Positions 1 through 7,544 of a stretch of DNA of 24,000 bases are shown here, piece by piece. Below the pieces are notes generated by a model that saw only the letters and a list, made by a program, of their open reading frames with translations, was not told where the DNA came from and searched no databases. Positions within the stretch are counted from its first letter, which is position 1. Every line of letters begins with the position of its first letter. Source of the stretch: an uncultured Ilumatobacteraceae bacterium (lineage in GTDB: Bacteria; Actinomycetota; Acidimicrobiia; Acidimicrobiales; Ilumatobacteraceae); contig CAZGUH010000012.1 of the NCBI GenBank assembly GCA_964529005.1, positions 57,007-81,006 of the forward strand, written 5' to 3'. Position numbers and translations under genes: made by a program.

Positions 1-1
1 C

Positions 2-205
2 GCTTACGTCACGATCCGCGGCCAGAGCCCGAGCATGATCGACTTCGTGCTCGAGCTGGCGGCCACGGACGGCGCCCTCACTCCTGACGTGGTGGCGTCG
101 TCCGGCGGCAACGAAGTCGCGATGGTGTACAAGCCGGACGTGAAGGACAACACGCACCCGATCTATCCCGGCACCCCGGGACACTTCGTCTGCCCGACGC
201 CGTAA
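2..205 (+). CDS. 3' end of an unidentified CDS; the 5' part lies upstream of the window
   Basis: Open frame from position 2 to TAA at 203-205 (AYVTIRGQSPSMIDFVLELAATDGALTPDVV...PGTPGHFVCPTP*). G/C-ending codons resemble neighbouring genes. No family recognised. Confidence 0.4.
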   Translation, partial: AYVTIRGQSPSMIDFVLELAATDGALTPDVVASSGGNEVAMVYKPDVKDNTHPIYPGTPGHFVCPTP

Positions 206-236
206 CGGTCGGCTGCCCCCGTCGCCTGTCGGCTTC

Positions 237-268
237 ACGGATTGGGACCCTCGGAGTCCCGAATCCGT
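237..268 (+). terminator. Stem-loop downstream of the partial CDS (possible terminator hairpin, no U-tract)
   Basis: ACGGATTGGGAC-cctcgga-GTCCCGAATCCGT gives a ~12-bp stem with one bulged G, about 30 nt after the TAA stop. It is not followed by a T-run, so function is uncertain. Confidence 0.25.
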
Positions 269-506
269 GGAGATCGGCGACACATCCAGCGCTTTGGCCG
301 TGGGTCAGGAGACGCCGACGGATCGCAGCGGGGGTCCGGCTGACCGTGCGGTGACCGTCAGGCGTGCGCGTCGACTCGGTCGGTTGCTTGCTCCTCAGCG
401 GACGATGCCTGACGCGGACCGGCAGCGACGACATCGAACGGCGCCCCTCATCCGCCGACACCGTGAATAACGTACACTTAGGACGGTAAACGTACGAAAG
501 GGAGCG

Positions 507-1670
507 ATGAAGGCAGCCGGCGTCGAGGTGCCGATCGTGTGGCGAGGGCGCCGTGCGCGGGCGTTCGTACCGACGCTTCTCGCTGATCGGGACCTCGAGT
601 TGGACGCTCGAACGATCACAGCAGCCGCCAGGGCGCAGGCCGCCGTCGAGCAAGGCGCGGAAGCGATGCCGGAGGACCATGTCACGCTGGCGCGGCTGCT
701 GTTGCGAGCCGAGGGTCTCGCGTCCTCGTTCATCGAAGGTGTCGCCGCACCCGTCGCCGACGTCGTGCTGGCCGAGCTCGACGACCGTGGTGCGCCCTCG
801 GCGGCTGCGTGGGTGGCAGCCAACCTCGCGGCTGTGACGGACGCGATCGACGAAGCCCACTCCGGTCCCCTCAGCGTCGAGAGCTTGTGCCGCTGGCATC
901 GAACCCTGATGACCGGCAGCCCGACGCCGGCGCATCACGTCGGCGTTCTGCGTACCGAGCAGGGCTGGATCGGTGGCACGTCGCCACTCGATGCCCACCT
1001 CGTGACGCCGCCCCCCGAGGTGGTGCCGACGCTTCTCGCCGACCTGGTCGCGTACGTCAATCGCGTCGATGTCGATCCGGTGAGCCAGGCCGCGATCGCA
1101 CACGCGCAGTTCGAGATCCTCCATCCGTTCGCCGACGGCAACGGCCGCGTCGGCCGCGTCCTCGTCGCGTGGATTCTCGTTCGCCGGCTCGCGCTGGTCA
1201 CACCTCCGCCGGTGAGCGCGCGCATCGCGGTGGATGTCGGCGGCTACAGCTCGGGACTCGTCCTGTTCCGCATGGGCGACCATGACGCGTGGGTTCGTTG
1301 GTTCGCGGAGGCAGTGTCCGGCGCCGGCCGGGCGCAGCAGGATCTCGTCGCATCCGTCGAACGACTCCAGCGCGAGTGGCGTGAGCGGTTGTCGGCTCCC
1401 CGCCAAGGGTCTCGACGGGTTCGCAGCGACGCGGCGGCGTGGCGCGTGCTCGACCTGCTCCCTCGACGTCTCGTGCTCACCGGGTCCGTCGTCGCCGGCG
1501 AGATCGGCGTGCCGTTGAAGTCAGCGAACGCCGCATTGCGGGACCTCGTCCGCGCCGGCATCCTCGTCGAACACGGCGCTGTGCCGGGGAGCGGGCGAGG
1601 ACGGCCGAGTCGCCTCTACGCGAGCGCCGAGCTGCTCGGCCTCGCGGGCTCGAATCCGCTTCGATCGTGA
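507..1670 (+). CDS. Fic family protein (AMPylase-type; class II with its own inhibitory helix; C-terminal winged-helix domain)
   Basis: 387-aa ORF with the canonical Fic active-site motif HPFADGNGRVGR (HPFx[D/E]GNGRxxR). N-terminal SSFIEG matches the auto-inhibitory [S/T]xxxE[G/N] motif. The C-terminal ~90 aa look like a wHTH (LKSANAALRDLVRAGILVEHG...GRPSRLY). Purine-rich GAAAGGGAG lies immediately upstream of ATG 507. Confidence 0.9.
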   Translation: MKAAGVEVPIVWRGRRARAFVPTLLADRDLELDARTITAAARAQAAVEQGAEAMPEDHVTLARLLLRAEGLASSFIEGVAAPVADVVLAELDDRGAPSAAAWVAANLAAVTDAIDEAHSGPLSVESLCRWHRTLMTGSPTPAHHVGVLRTEQGWIGGTSPLDAHLVTPPPEVVPTLLADLVAYVNRVDVDPVSQAAIAHAQFEILHPFADGNGRVGRVLVAWILVRRLALVTPPPVSARIAVDVGGYSSGLVLFRMGDHDAWVRWFAEAVSGAGRAQQDLVASVERLQREWRERLSAPRQGSRRVRSDAAAWRVLDLLPRRLVLTGSVVAGEIGVPLKSANAALRDLVRAGILVEHGAVPGSGRGRPSRLYASAELLGLAGSNPLRS

Positions 1671-1700
1671 TCACGCGCCGACGATCTATCGTCCGATGGC

Positions 1701-2753
1701 ATGCGTGCGTGCTGGGTGGAACAGCCCGGGCGGATCGACGGTCATCCGTTGCGGTTCGGGCGTCGCGCTGTGCCGAGCGCGGGGCCGGACGATCTGCTGG
1801 TGGAGATCGAAGCGAGCGGTGTGTGCCGGACGGATCTGCACCTCGCCGAAGGCGACCTCTCCCCGCGCCGGCCAGGCGTGATCCCGGGGCACGAGGTGGT
1901 CGGCCGTGTCGTCGACCAAGGGGCGAACGTCGTGGGCGATCGTCGTGGGCAGCGGGTCGGCATCGCATGGCTGCGCTGGACGTGTGGGGGGTGTCGATAC
2001 TGCCTTCTCGGCCGCGAGAACCTGTGTGAGAACGCACGCTTCACCGGATGGGACGACGACGGAGGGTTCGCCGAGTTCGCCACCGTCGACGCGCGCTTCG
2101 CCTACCCGATTCCGGACGAGCTGGATGCTGTCAGCGTGGCTCCGCTCCTGTGCTCCGGCATCATCGGCTATCGAGCGCTGCGTCGTGCCGACCTTCCTCC
2201 GAACGGCCGTCTGGGCATCTACGGCTTCGGCGCCTCGGCGCACATCACCGCGCAGATCGCGCTCCACCTGGGCGCGCGGGTGCACGTCCTGACGCGCTCG
2301 GAGAACGCGCGCCGGCTCGCTCTCGAGCTGGGCTGCCATTCGGCCGGCAGCACCTCCGAAGGTCCGCCCGAGCCGTTGGACTCGGCGATTCTCTTCGCTC
2401 CCGCGGGTGGGCTGGTGCCGATCGCATTGCGCGCCCTCGACCGCGGCGGAACCCTCGCCATCGCCGGCATCCACTTGAGCGACATCCCGCCGATCGACTA
2501 CGCCGCCGAGCTGTTCAACGAGCGCCAGATCCGCAGCGTGACCGCCAACACCCGCTCGGACGGGCACGAACTGCTCGCCTTGGCGCAGAGCATCCCGCTG
2601 CGGGTGCGGACCACCGTCTACGCATTGGACGAGGCGCACCGCGCGTTGCGCGACCTGGCCGGGGATGATCTGGTCGGCGCAGCTGTCCTCGTGCCGACCA
2701 TGGAGACGACGGCGACCACGGAGTCCAGCGAGGCGCCCGGACAAGGTTCTTGA
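1701..2753 (+). CDS. Zinc-dependent alcohol dehydrogenase family protein
   Basis: 350-aa ORF with catalytic-Zn motifs GVCRTDLH and GHEVVGRVV, structural-Zn cluster CGGCRYCLLGRENLC and Rossmann GIYGFGASAH. Confidence 0.9.
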   Translation: MRACWVEQPGRIDGHPLRFGRRAVPSAGPDDLLVEIEASGVCRTDLHLAEGDLSPRRPGVIPGHEVVGRVVDQGANVVGDRRGQRVGIAWLRWTCGGCRYCLLGRENLCENARFTGWDDDGGFAEFATVDARFAYPIPDELDAVSVAPLLCSGIIGYRALRRADLPPNGRLGIYGFGASAHITAQIALHLGARVHVLTRSENARRLALELGCHSAGSTSEGPPEPLDSAILFAPAGGLVPIALRALDRGGTLAIAGIHLSDIPPIDYAAELFNERQIRSVTANTRSDGHELLALAQSIPLRVRTTVYALDEAHRALRDLAGDDLVGAAVLVPTMETTATTESSEAPGQGS

Positions 2754-2878
2754 GCCATGGCGGCCTGACGACGGACGGCTCAACCCTCCGTGGTCGGGCG
2801 CCGATACGTGGGCTGCGGGTTCGTTCGGTCGTGGCGGGCGGGCGCGCGGCGTGTCAACAGATCTACGGAGGTGGCTGG

Positions 2879-3484
2879 GTGAGGGTGTTGCGAACGGCGA
2901 CGATCGTGATGAGCGGACTCGTGGCGGTCGCGGCCTGTGGCGGTGGCGACGACGGGCCTGTCGCGGCGGACAGCACGACCGCGGGGCAGTCCTCGACCGC
3001 GGGGCAATCCTCGGCCGCCGACGGAGTGTGGAGCGGGGAGACCGAGCAAGGCACGCTGTTGTCGGCGGAGCTGTGGGTCGACCCCGCCGCTGACACGGCG
3101 CTGGCGGCGTTCGACGAGTACCGCGCGATGATCAGCGCCCCAGAGGTTGCGTACGTCCGTGTCGTCGCGGACAACAGCGACGGCGATGCCGACGACACCG
3201 GGCGCTTCTTCACGTTCACCGACGGCGGCGGCGACATCTTCGCCGACGACGTGGTCACCAGCACGTTCTTGTGCTCGACGCTCAGCACCGACTGGGTCCC
3301 GCCATCGGACGCGTCCCAAGACGTCATCGACGCCTACGCGGCCTTGTACAACGGGCCGTGCGCCACGAGCACGCTGATGGTCCCCGTTCCGGCGGGCGAA
3401 TCGGTCACCTACTACCTGGTGGTCGACGAACGGCCGGCGTTCGAGCGAATCTTCGCCGGAGCGGGCAACGAGCTCAGCAACTGA
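2879..3484 (+). CDS. Putative secreted lipoprotein, function unknown
   Basis: Signal peptide plus lipobox (VRVLRTATIVMSGLVAVAA|CGG). GGAGG Shine-Dalgarno lies ~7 nt upstream of GTG 2879. The tracked ORF start at 2750 only adds an Arg/Gly-rich leader. An acidic mature domain follows; no family recognised. Confidence 0.65.
   Translation: MRVLRTATIVMSGLVAVAACGGGDDGPVAADSTTAGQSSTAGQSSAADGVWSGETEQGTLLSAELWVDPAADTALAAFDEYRAMISAPEVAYVRVVADNSDGDADDTGRFFTFTDGGGDIFADDVVTSTFLCSTLSTDWVPPSDASQDVIDAYAALYNGPCATSTLMVPVPAGESVTYYLVVDERPAFERIFAGAGNELSN
2977..3012 (+). repeat. 18-bp tandem duplication (2 copies, 1 mismatch) inside the lipoprotein linker
   Basis: GACCGCGGGGCAGTCCTC / GACCGCGGGGCAATCCTC encode the TAGQSS-TAGQSS part of ...STTAGQSSTAGQSSAA..., just after the lipobox cysteine. 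Confidence 0.8.
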
Positions 3485-4805
3485 GCCGCTCGTCGGCGTC
3501 CGCTGGCGGCAGCGTCGGGTGGGCTTGATACTCGGTGATGGACGACTGGCCCATCACGAGCTCGGCGGCGACGGCGGCGATCAGCCCGGGGACGACGAAC
3601 GCGGGGCGGCCCGTGGTCTCGGCGACGAACATGACGCTTGCCAGCGGGACGCGATAGCCGGCGCCGAGGAAAGCGGCGATGCCGATCACGATGAACAGGC
3701 CCATGTCGGCGTCGTTGACCAGATCCCCGACGGCCGCTCCGGTGAGCGAGCCGGCGACCACGAGCGGGATGAACAAACCGCCCACACCGCCGCCGGCGAC
3801 GGTGGCGGCGGTCGCGACACATCGCACGATCAACAGCGCGACGAGCACCCAGACGGACCGGTCGGGTTCTCGTATCCAGTCGAGGAGCCGGTAGCCCGAG
3901 CCGAGGACGAGGGTGTCGTCCGTCAGCGCGTGGCCGACCGCCACGAGCCCCGCGATCATCGCTCCGGCGACGACGGTGGCGACGAAGGCATGTGATTGGT
4001 TCGCGACCTTCTTCGCCCGGCGCAGCAGCCAGCCGAAGATGCGTGCTCCGACTCCACAGATCACGCCGAGAGCGGCCACGCCTGCGAGGTCACGGAAGCT
4101 GAAGTCGGGTGCGCCCTGCACCGGGAACAGCCGTTCCGTGCCGTTGATGGCCGCGAACACGAGGTAGCTCGTCGCGCTCGCGACGAGCGCCGGCAGCAGC
4201 ATGCGCCGAGCCAGGTCGCCGCGGTACGGCACCTCGAGAGCGAAGACCGCGCCGGTGGCGGGAGCCTTGAAGATCGCGGCGACCCCAGCGGCCGCGCCGG
4301 CAACGAGCAGGACGCGGCGGTCGGACTCGCGGAACGTGCGCGCGAACCGCCGCTGGACGTTGGAGCCGATCGTCGCGCCGGCGTAGAGCGACGGTCCTTC
4401 GAGACCCATCGGAGCGCCGCTTCCGAGCGTGGCGACCGCTGCAAGCATCCGTCCCGCCATCGCCCGCCAGGTGAGGCGATGTCGAGGTTGATGGAAGGCG
4501 CGGAGGTACTCGTCCGACGTCGCAGGCGACGCGCGGCCGCCGACGGTGCGTCTGAGCGAGAACGCGACGATCAGGCCCACGGCAGGCAAGAACGCCATCA
4601 CCGCGCTGGGCAGCTCGAGGACGCGCTCGAACGTGACCTCGACGACCAGCCGATCGAACACGGCGACCACCAGCCCGGTCGCGACGCCGGTGATCGCCGC
4701 CATGAGGACGACCTCGTGGGATCGCCGCGCCAAGGCGCGCAGCTCTGCTCGACGGTGTTCCGGGAACAGTCGGCTCGTGCTGGTCACGACCAGCCGAGCT
4801 TCCAT
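3474..4805 (-). CDS. ClC family chloride channel / H+-Cl- exchanger (no CBS domains)
   Basis: 443-aa polytopic membrane ORF with ClC signature motifs GSGAPMGLEGPS (GxEGP with gating Glu) and GGLFIP (GxFxP). ATG start at 4805. Confidence 0.85.
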   Translation of the reverse strand: MEARLVVTSTSRLFPEHRRAELRALARRSHEVVLMAAITGVATGLVVAVFDRLVVEVTFERVLELPSAVMAFLPAVGLIVAFSLRRTVGGRASPATSDEYLRAFHQPRHRLTWRAMAGRMLAAVATLGSGAPMGLEGPSLYAGATIGSNVQRRFARTFRESDRRVLLVAGAAAGVAAIFKAPATGAVFALEVPYRGDLARRMLLPALVASATSYLVFAAINGTERLFPVQGAPDFSFRDLAGVAALGVICGVGARIFGWLLRRAKKVANQSHAFVATVVAGAMIAGLVAVGHALTDDTLVLGSGYRLLDWIREPDRSVWVLVALLIVRCVATAATVAGGGVGGLFIPLVVAGSLTGAAVGDLVNDADMGLFIVIGIAAFLGAGYRVPLASVMFVAETTGRPAFVVPGLIAAVAAELVMGQSSITEYQAHPTLPPADADERLSC

Positions 4806-5251
4806 GCCTCGGAGACCTCGCCTGCGGCCTGCGCAAAGGCGTTCATGGCGTCGATCGCCGGCTGCCGAAGGTCGGCGGGGATGCGGGCGACGATCTCGCG
4901 GATCTCCCGCCGCCGGACGGCGCTGACGTCGTCCACGATGTTCTGGCCGCGCGGGAGAAGGGTGATCGAGGTCTCGCGCCGGTTGCCGCGATCGACGGAC
5001 CGGCGAACGAGCTTCAGATCGACCAGCCGATCACACAGCCGTGTCGCCGTGGATCGGTGGATGCCGAGCACCGCCGCCAGCTCGCCGACGTGGAGCGGTC
5101 CCTTGGTGGCGAGGACCACGAGCGCCCGGTACTGCACGAGCGTGACCTCCGCGTCGACGCCGGCCAACGATCTCGCCGCCACACCCACGAGCGCCCGTGA
5201 CGAGATGAGCAACGCCTCGGCGAGTTCCGTTGCGTCGTCTGCGCGAGCCAC
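4784..5251 (-). CDS. MarR family transcriptional regulator
   Basis: 155-aa ORF with a MarR winged-helix core (TLVQYRALVVLATKGPLHVGELAAVLGIHRSTATRLCDRLVDLKLVRR...ITLLPRG). GTG start at 5251. Its last 22 nt overlap the ClC start. Confidence 0.85.
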   Translation of the reverse strand: MARADDATELAEALLISSRALVGVAARSLAGVDAEVTLVQYRALVVLATKGPLHVGELAAVLGIHRSTATRLCDRLVDLKLVRRSVDRGNRRETSITLLPRGQNIVDDVSAVRRREIREIVARIPADLRQPAIDAMNAFAQAAGEVSEAWKLGWS

Positions 5252-5323
5252 AGGTGCACTCTACAACTGTTGCTGGCGACACCACTTTCTGACGTCGACC
5301 TCGATGTCGGCGTCGGCCCGCCC

Positions 5324-5358
5324 GCCGTGACGGCGTGCTCGGCGCACACCGGCACGGC
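5324..5358 (-). terminator. GC-rich hairpin between the MBL-fold gene and marR (possible terminator or attenuator, no U-tract)
   Basis: GCCGTGACGGCGTGC-tcggc-GCACACCGGCACGGC has 15-nt arms with 2 mismatches. It sits ~23 nt downstream of the MBL stop (5381) on the minus strand. Confidence 0.3.
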
Positions 5359-5380
5359 GTGGGGAACGGGCCCTCGTCGG

Positions 5381-6232
5381 TCAGGCTGGTTCGGGCGCCG
5401 CCAGCGTGAGCGCGATCAGCTGGTCGAGCGTCTCCTGCCCCGGTCCCGGCACGTTCGGCTGACCCGCCATCCGCCGCAGCCTCTCGAACCCCTGGGCGAT
5501 CGAGCGGCCGCGCAGGACCGCTCCGTGGGCGGACGCGATGGTGGTCGGCGACATCGACTCGATGCGGTCGACGTGGCGGCCGTAGACCGCCGGGTCGAGC
5601 CACGCGTGCCACGGCGACACGAGGCTGTTGAACAGCGCGAACGAGCCGTCGTACAGATCGCGCGGGACGTCGGATGCTTCGTCGACGGCGCCGATCGTGA
5701 GGGCGGCGAACGAGTCGACCGCCCACATCACCCCTGTGCGTTCGTCGTAGAGTCCGCGCGTCGTCGGTCCGTCGAAGATCGGCGGCCGGAACAGGTGCAG
5801 GGTGCGGTCGCCGACGTCGAAGGCGTCGCCGACGTCGAGCCACACCTGGCGGTCGATCGCCAGCTCGCCGGGGCGATCCGCACGCATCCGCTCGTTGGTG
5901 AAGAAGTTGACGACGACGGTCGCGTTGGGCGCCAGATCCAGCAGCGGGACCAGGTTGCCGACGTGGTCACCGTCGTCGTGCGACAGGAAGATCCACCGGA
6001 TGTCCGCGGGGTCGAGCAGCGACGTCACCGACTCCAGCCACTGCTCACGGAACAGCGGCGCGCCGGTGTCGACGACGACGGGTTGCTCGCTGAGGATCAC
6101 CATCGAGTTGAGATAGACGAACGTACCGGGCTCGGCGGGAAGGAAGCTGGGGATCAGGTACGTGTCGGCGGCGATGCGCTGAGGCGCGGTGGTGTGCGGA
6201 GCGACGGGCGCGTCGAGGTCGAGGATGGTCAT
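5381..6232 (-). CDS. MBL-fold metallo-hydrolase superfamily protein with a variant H-x-D-x-D-H metal motif
   Basis: 283-aa ORF. WIFLSHDDGDHVGN occupies the position of the HxHxDH motif. Overall beta-lactamase-fold pattern is present. GAAAGG lies upstream of ATG 6232. Confidence 0.8.
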   Translation of the reverse strand: MTILDLDAPVAPHTTAPQRIAADTYLIPSFLPAEPGTFVYLNSMVILSEQPVVVDTGAPLFREQWLESVTSLLDPADIRWIFLSHDDGDHVGNLVPLLDLAPNATVVVNFFTNERMRADRPGELAIDRQVWLDVGDAFDVGDRTLHLFRPPIFDGPTTRGLYDERTGVMWAVDSFAALTIGAVDEASDVPRDLYDGSFALFNSLVSPWHAWLDPAVYGRHVDRIESMSPTTIASAHGAVLRGRSIAQGFERLRRMAGQPNVPGPGQETLDQLIALTLAAPEPA

Positions 6233-6307
6233 GGGAGTTGCCTTTCTGTGATGGGTGGTTGGTTTGGAGGTGGTCGGATTCGACCGGGGCCGTCTGGCAT
6301 CGAGGCG

Positions 6308-6742
6308 TCAGGCGGCGGGTGGGGAGAACAGCTCGAGCTGGACGTTGTCGGGGTCGCGGAACACGAGCACCGACCCGTAGAACTCGTCCGCGATCGGTGA
6401 TTGGGTGAGCGCCGTGTCGGCCACGTCGGCGCGTACGACCCCGTTCGCTTCCAGGTGTGCTTGCCAGGCCTCGAGATCAGCGCGGGTCGGCACGGCGAAG
6501 CCGACGTGGTCCAACCCGGTCACCGTCTCGGCGAAGTGGGCGCCGTCGTTTCGGTCGTGGCGATGGAGCACGAGCACGAGTTCCATCGCGTCGTCGGCGA
6601 GCAGCTTGCCGACGCCCCCTTCGTGGGGCGCGTCCAATCGGTGCTCGATCCCGAAGACGCGCTCGTACCAGGCGACGCTGGCATCGAGGTCGGTGACGGT
6701 GATGGCGACGTGGTGCAGGCGGGGCGCGACGGGTGAAGGCAT
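6308..6742 (-). CDS. VOC (glyoxalase / bleomycin-resistance / dioxygenase) family protein
   Basis: 144-aa ORF. N-terminal LHHVAITVTDLDASVAWYERVFG is the classic VOC beta-alpha-beta-beta-beta module start, and a second module follows (GLDHVGFAV). A GGAG SD lies upstream of ATG 6742. Confidence 0.85.
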   Translation of the reverse strand: MPSPVAPRLHHVAITVTDLDASVAWYERVFGIEHRLDAPHEGGVGKLLADDAMELVLVLHRHDRNDGAHFAETVTGLDHVGFAVPTRADLEAWQAHLEANGVVRADVADTALTQSPIADEFYGSVLVFRDPDNVQLELFSPPAA

Positions 6743-6799
6743 CGGTGTCTCCTGTTCGTGCTGATGGTCGTGTCGGGTGGTGAGGCGAGCGATGTGCTG

Positions 6800-7408
6800 T
6801 CAGCGACGCCTGCCGCGTGCTCGCTTCGCGCGGCAGTGGCTGATGAACATCTCGACGACGTCGTCGACGAGGTCGATCCATCGATGACCACCGGGATCGT
6901 TCGACACCTGTTGGTCGACCAATCCGGTGTTGAGCGCCGTCCACATGTCGAGGTGGCGCGGGTCGTCGATGCCGGCGTCGGCCAAGCGTTGCCGCGTCGC
7001 GGCGAGCGCCTGCTGTGCCGGCTCGTACGCTTCGGGCGTCGGCTGGAAACCGGGGATCGTGCGCTGGAACAGCAGCTGGTACCGCGCCACGTCGCTGGTG
7101 CAGAAGTCGAGGAAGCGGCGCATTCCCTCGGCCAGCGCGGCCTCAGGGTCGGGGGCCGCGGACGGCCGCGTCATCCACTCGGTGAACTCCGTGGCGGCGC
7201 GCCGGAACATCGCGTCGTAGATCGCGAACTTGGAGTCGAAGTAGGCGTACACCGTGGGCGTCGTGATGCCGGCCTCTTTGGCCAACTCACGAAGCGACAA
7301 GCCAGCGAGCCCTTCGGCGCGTACGAGTCGCCACGCGGCGTCGACGACCGACTCGTGCGCCGCTCGGCGCTTCGCCTCTCGCCAGCCGGCCGCTTCGTTG
7401 TACGTCAT
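6800..7408 (-). CDS. TetR/AcrR family transcriptional regulator
   Basis: The real start is ATG 7408 (MTYNEAAGWREAKR...). The TetR HTH is LSLRELAKEAGITTPTVYAYFDSKFAIYDAMF. The longer tracked ORF (to 7606) runs through the AT-rich promoter region and is implausible. Confidence 0.85.
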   Translation of the reverse strand: MTYNEAAGWREAKRRAAHESVVDAAWRLVRAEGLAGLSLRELAKEAGITTPTVYAYFDSKFAIYDAMFRRAATEFTEWMTRPSAAPDPEAALAEGMRRFLDFCTSDVARYQLLFQRTIPGFQPTPEAYEPAQQALAATRQRLADAGIDDPRHLDMWTALNTGLVDQQVSNDPGGHRWIDLVDDVVEMFISHCRAKRARGRRR

Positions 7409-7415
7409 GAAGCTA

Positions 7416-7444
7416 AATTTATACAGCGTGAAGATTTCTGTCAA
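7416..7444 (-). promoter_or_regulatory. Near-consensus sigma-70/SigA-type promoter for tetR, predicting a leaderless or near-leaderless mRNA
   Basis: On the minus strand: TTGACA (7444-7439), a 17-nt spacer, then TAAATT (7421-7416, within TATAAAT), then 7 nt to the ATG at 7408. This is the most AT-rich patch of the window. The direct repeats AGATTTCTGTC (7432-7442) and AGATTCTGTC (7458-7467) overlap or flank the -35. Confidence 0.4.
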
Positions 7445-7544
7445 CGGCGTAAAGAGGAGATTCTGTCTGTCGACCACACACCCCGGTCGCGAGTGCAAGC
7501 ATGAGGACGTGGCCGACCGGTCCGAGGAGGAGCGCGCCGTGGCG

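Noticed and set aside
267-470. 67-aa ORF upstream of fic as a possible Fic antitoxin (VbhA-like)
   Set aside because: It has no [S/T]xxxE[G/N] inhibitory motif, it is Arg-rich and low-complexity, and it has no SD. The Fic protein already carries its own inhibitory SSFIEG helix.
78-1406. 442-aa minus-strand ORF covering the Fic locus, plus nested ORFs 395..823 and 935..1225
   Set aside because: It is antisense to a motif-verified Fic gene. It is extremely Arg/Pro/Gly/Ser-rich with no recognisable domain. This is the typical stop-codon-poor shadow ORF of GC-rich DNA.
1641-1665. tRNA T-arm-like string GGGCTCGAATCCGC near the end of fic, considered as a possible tRNA fragment or att site
   Set aside because: The flanks cannot form a 5-bp T-stem, acceptor stem or CCA end. 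The string lies in frame inside the Fic CDS (LAGSNPLRS*). No integrase or repeat partner is present in the window.
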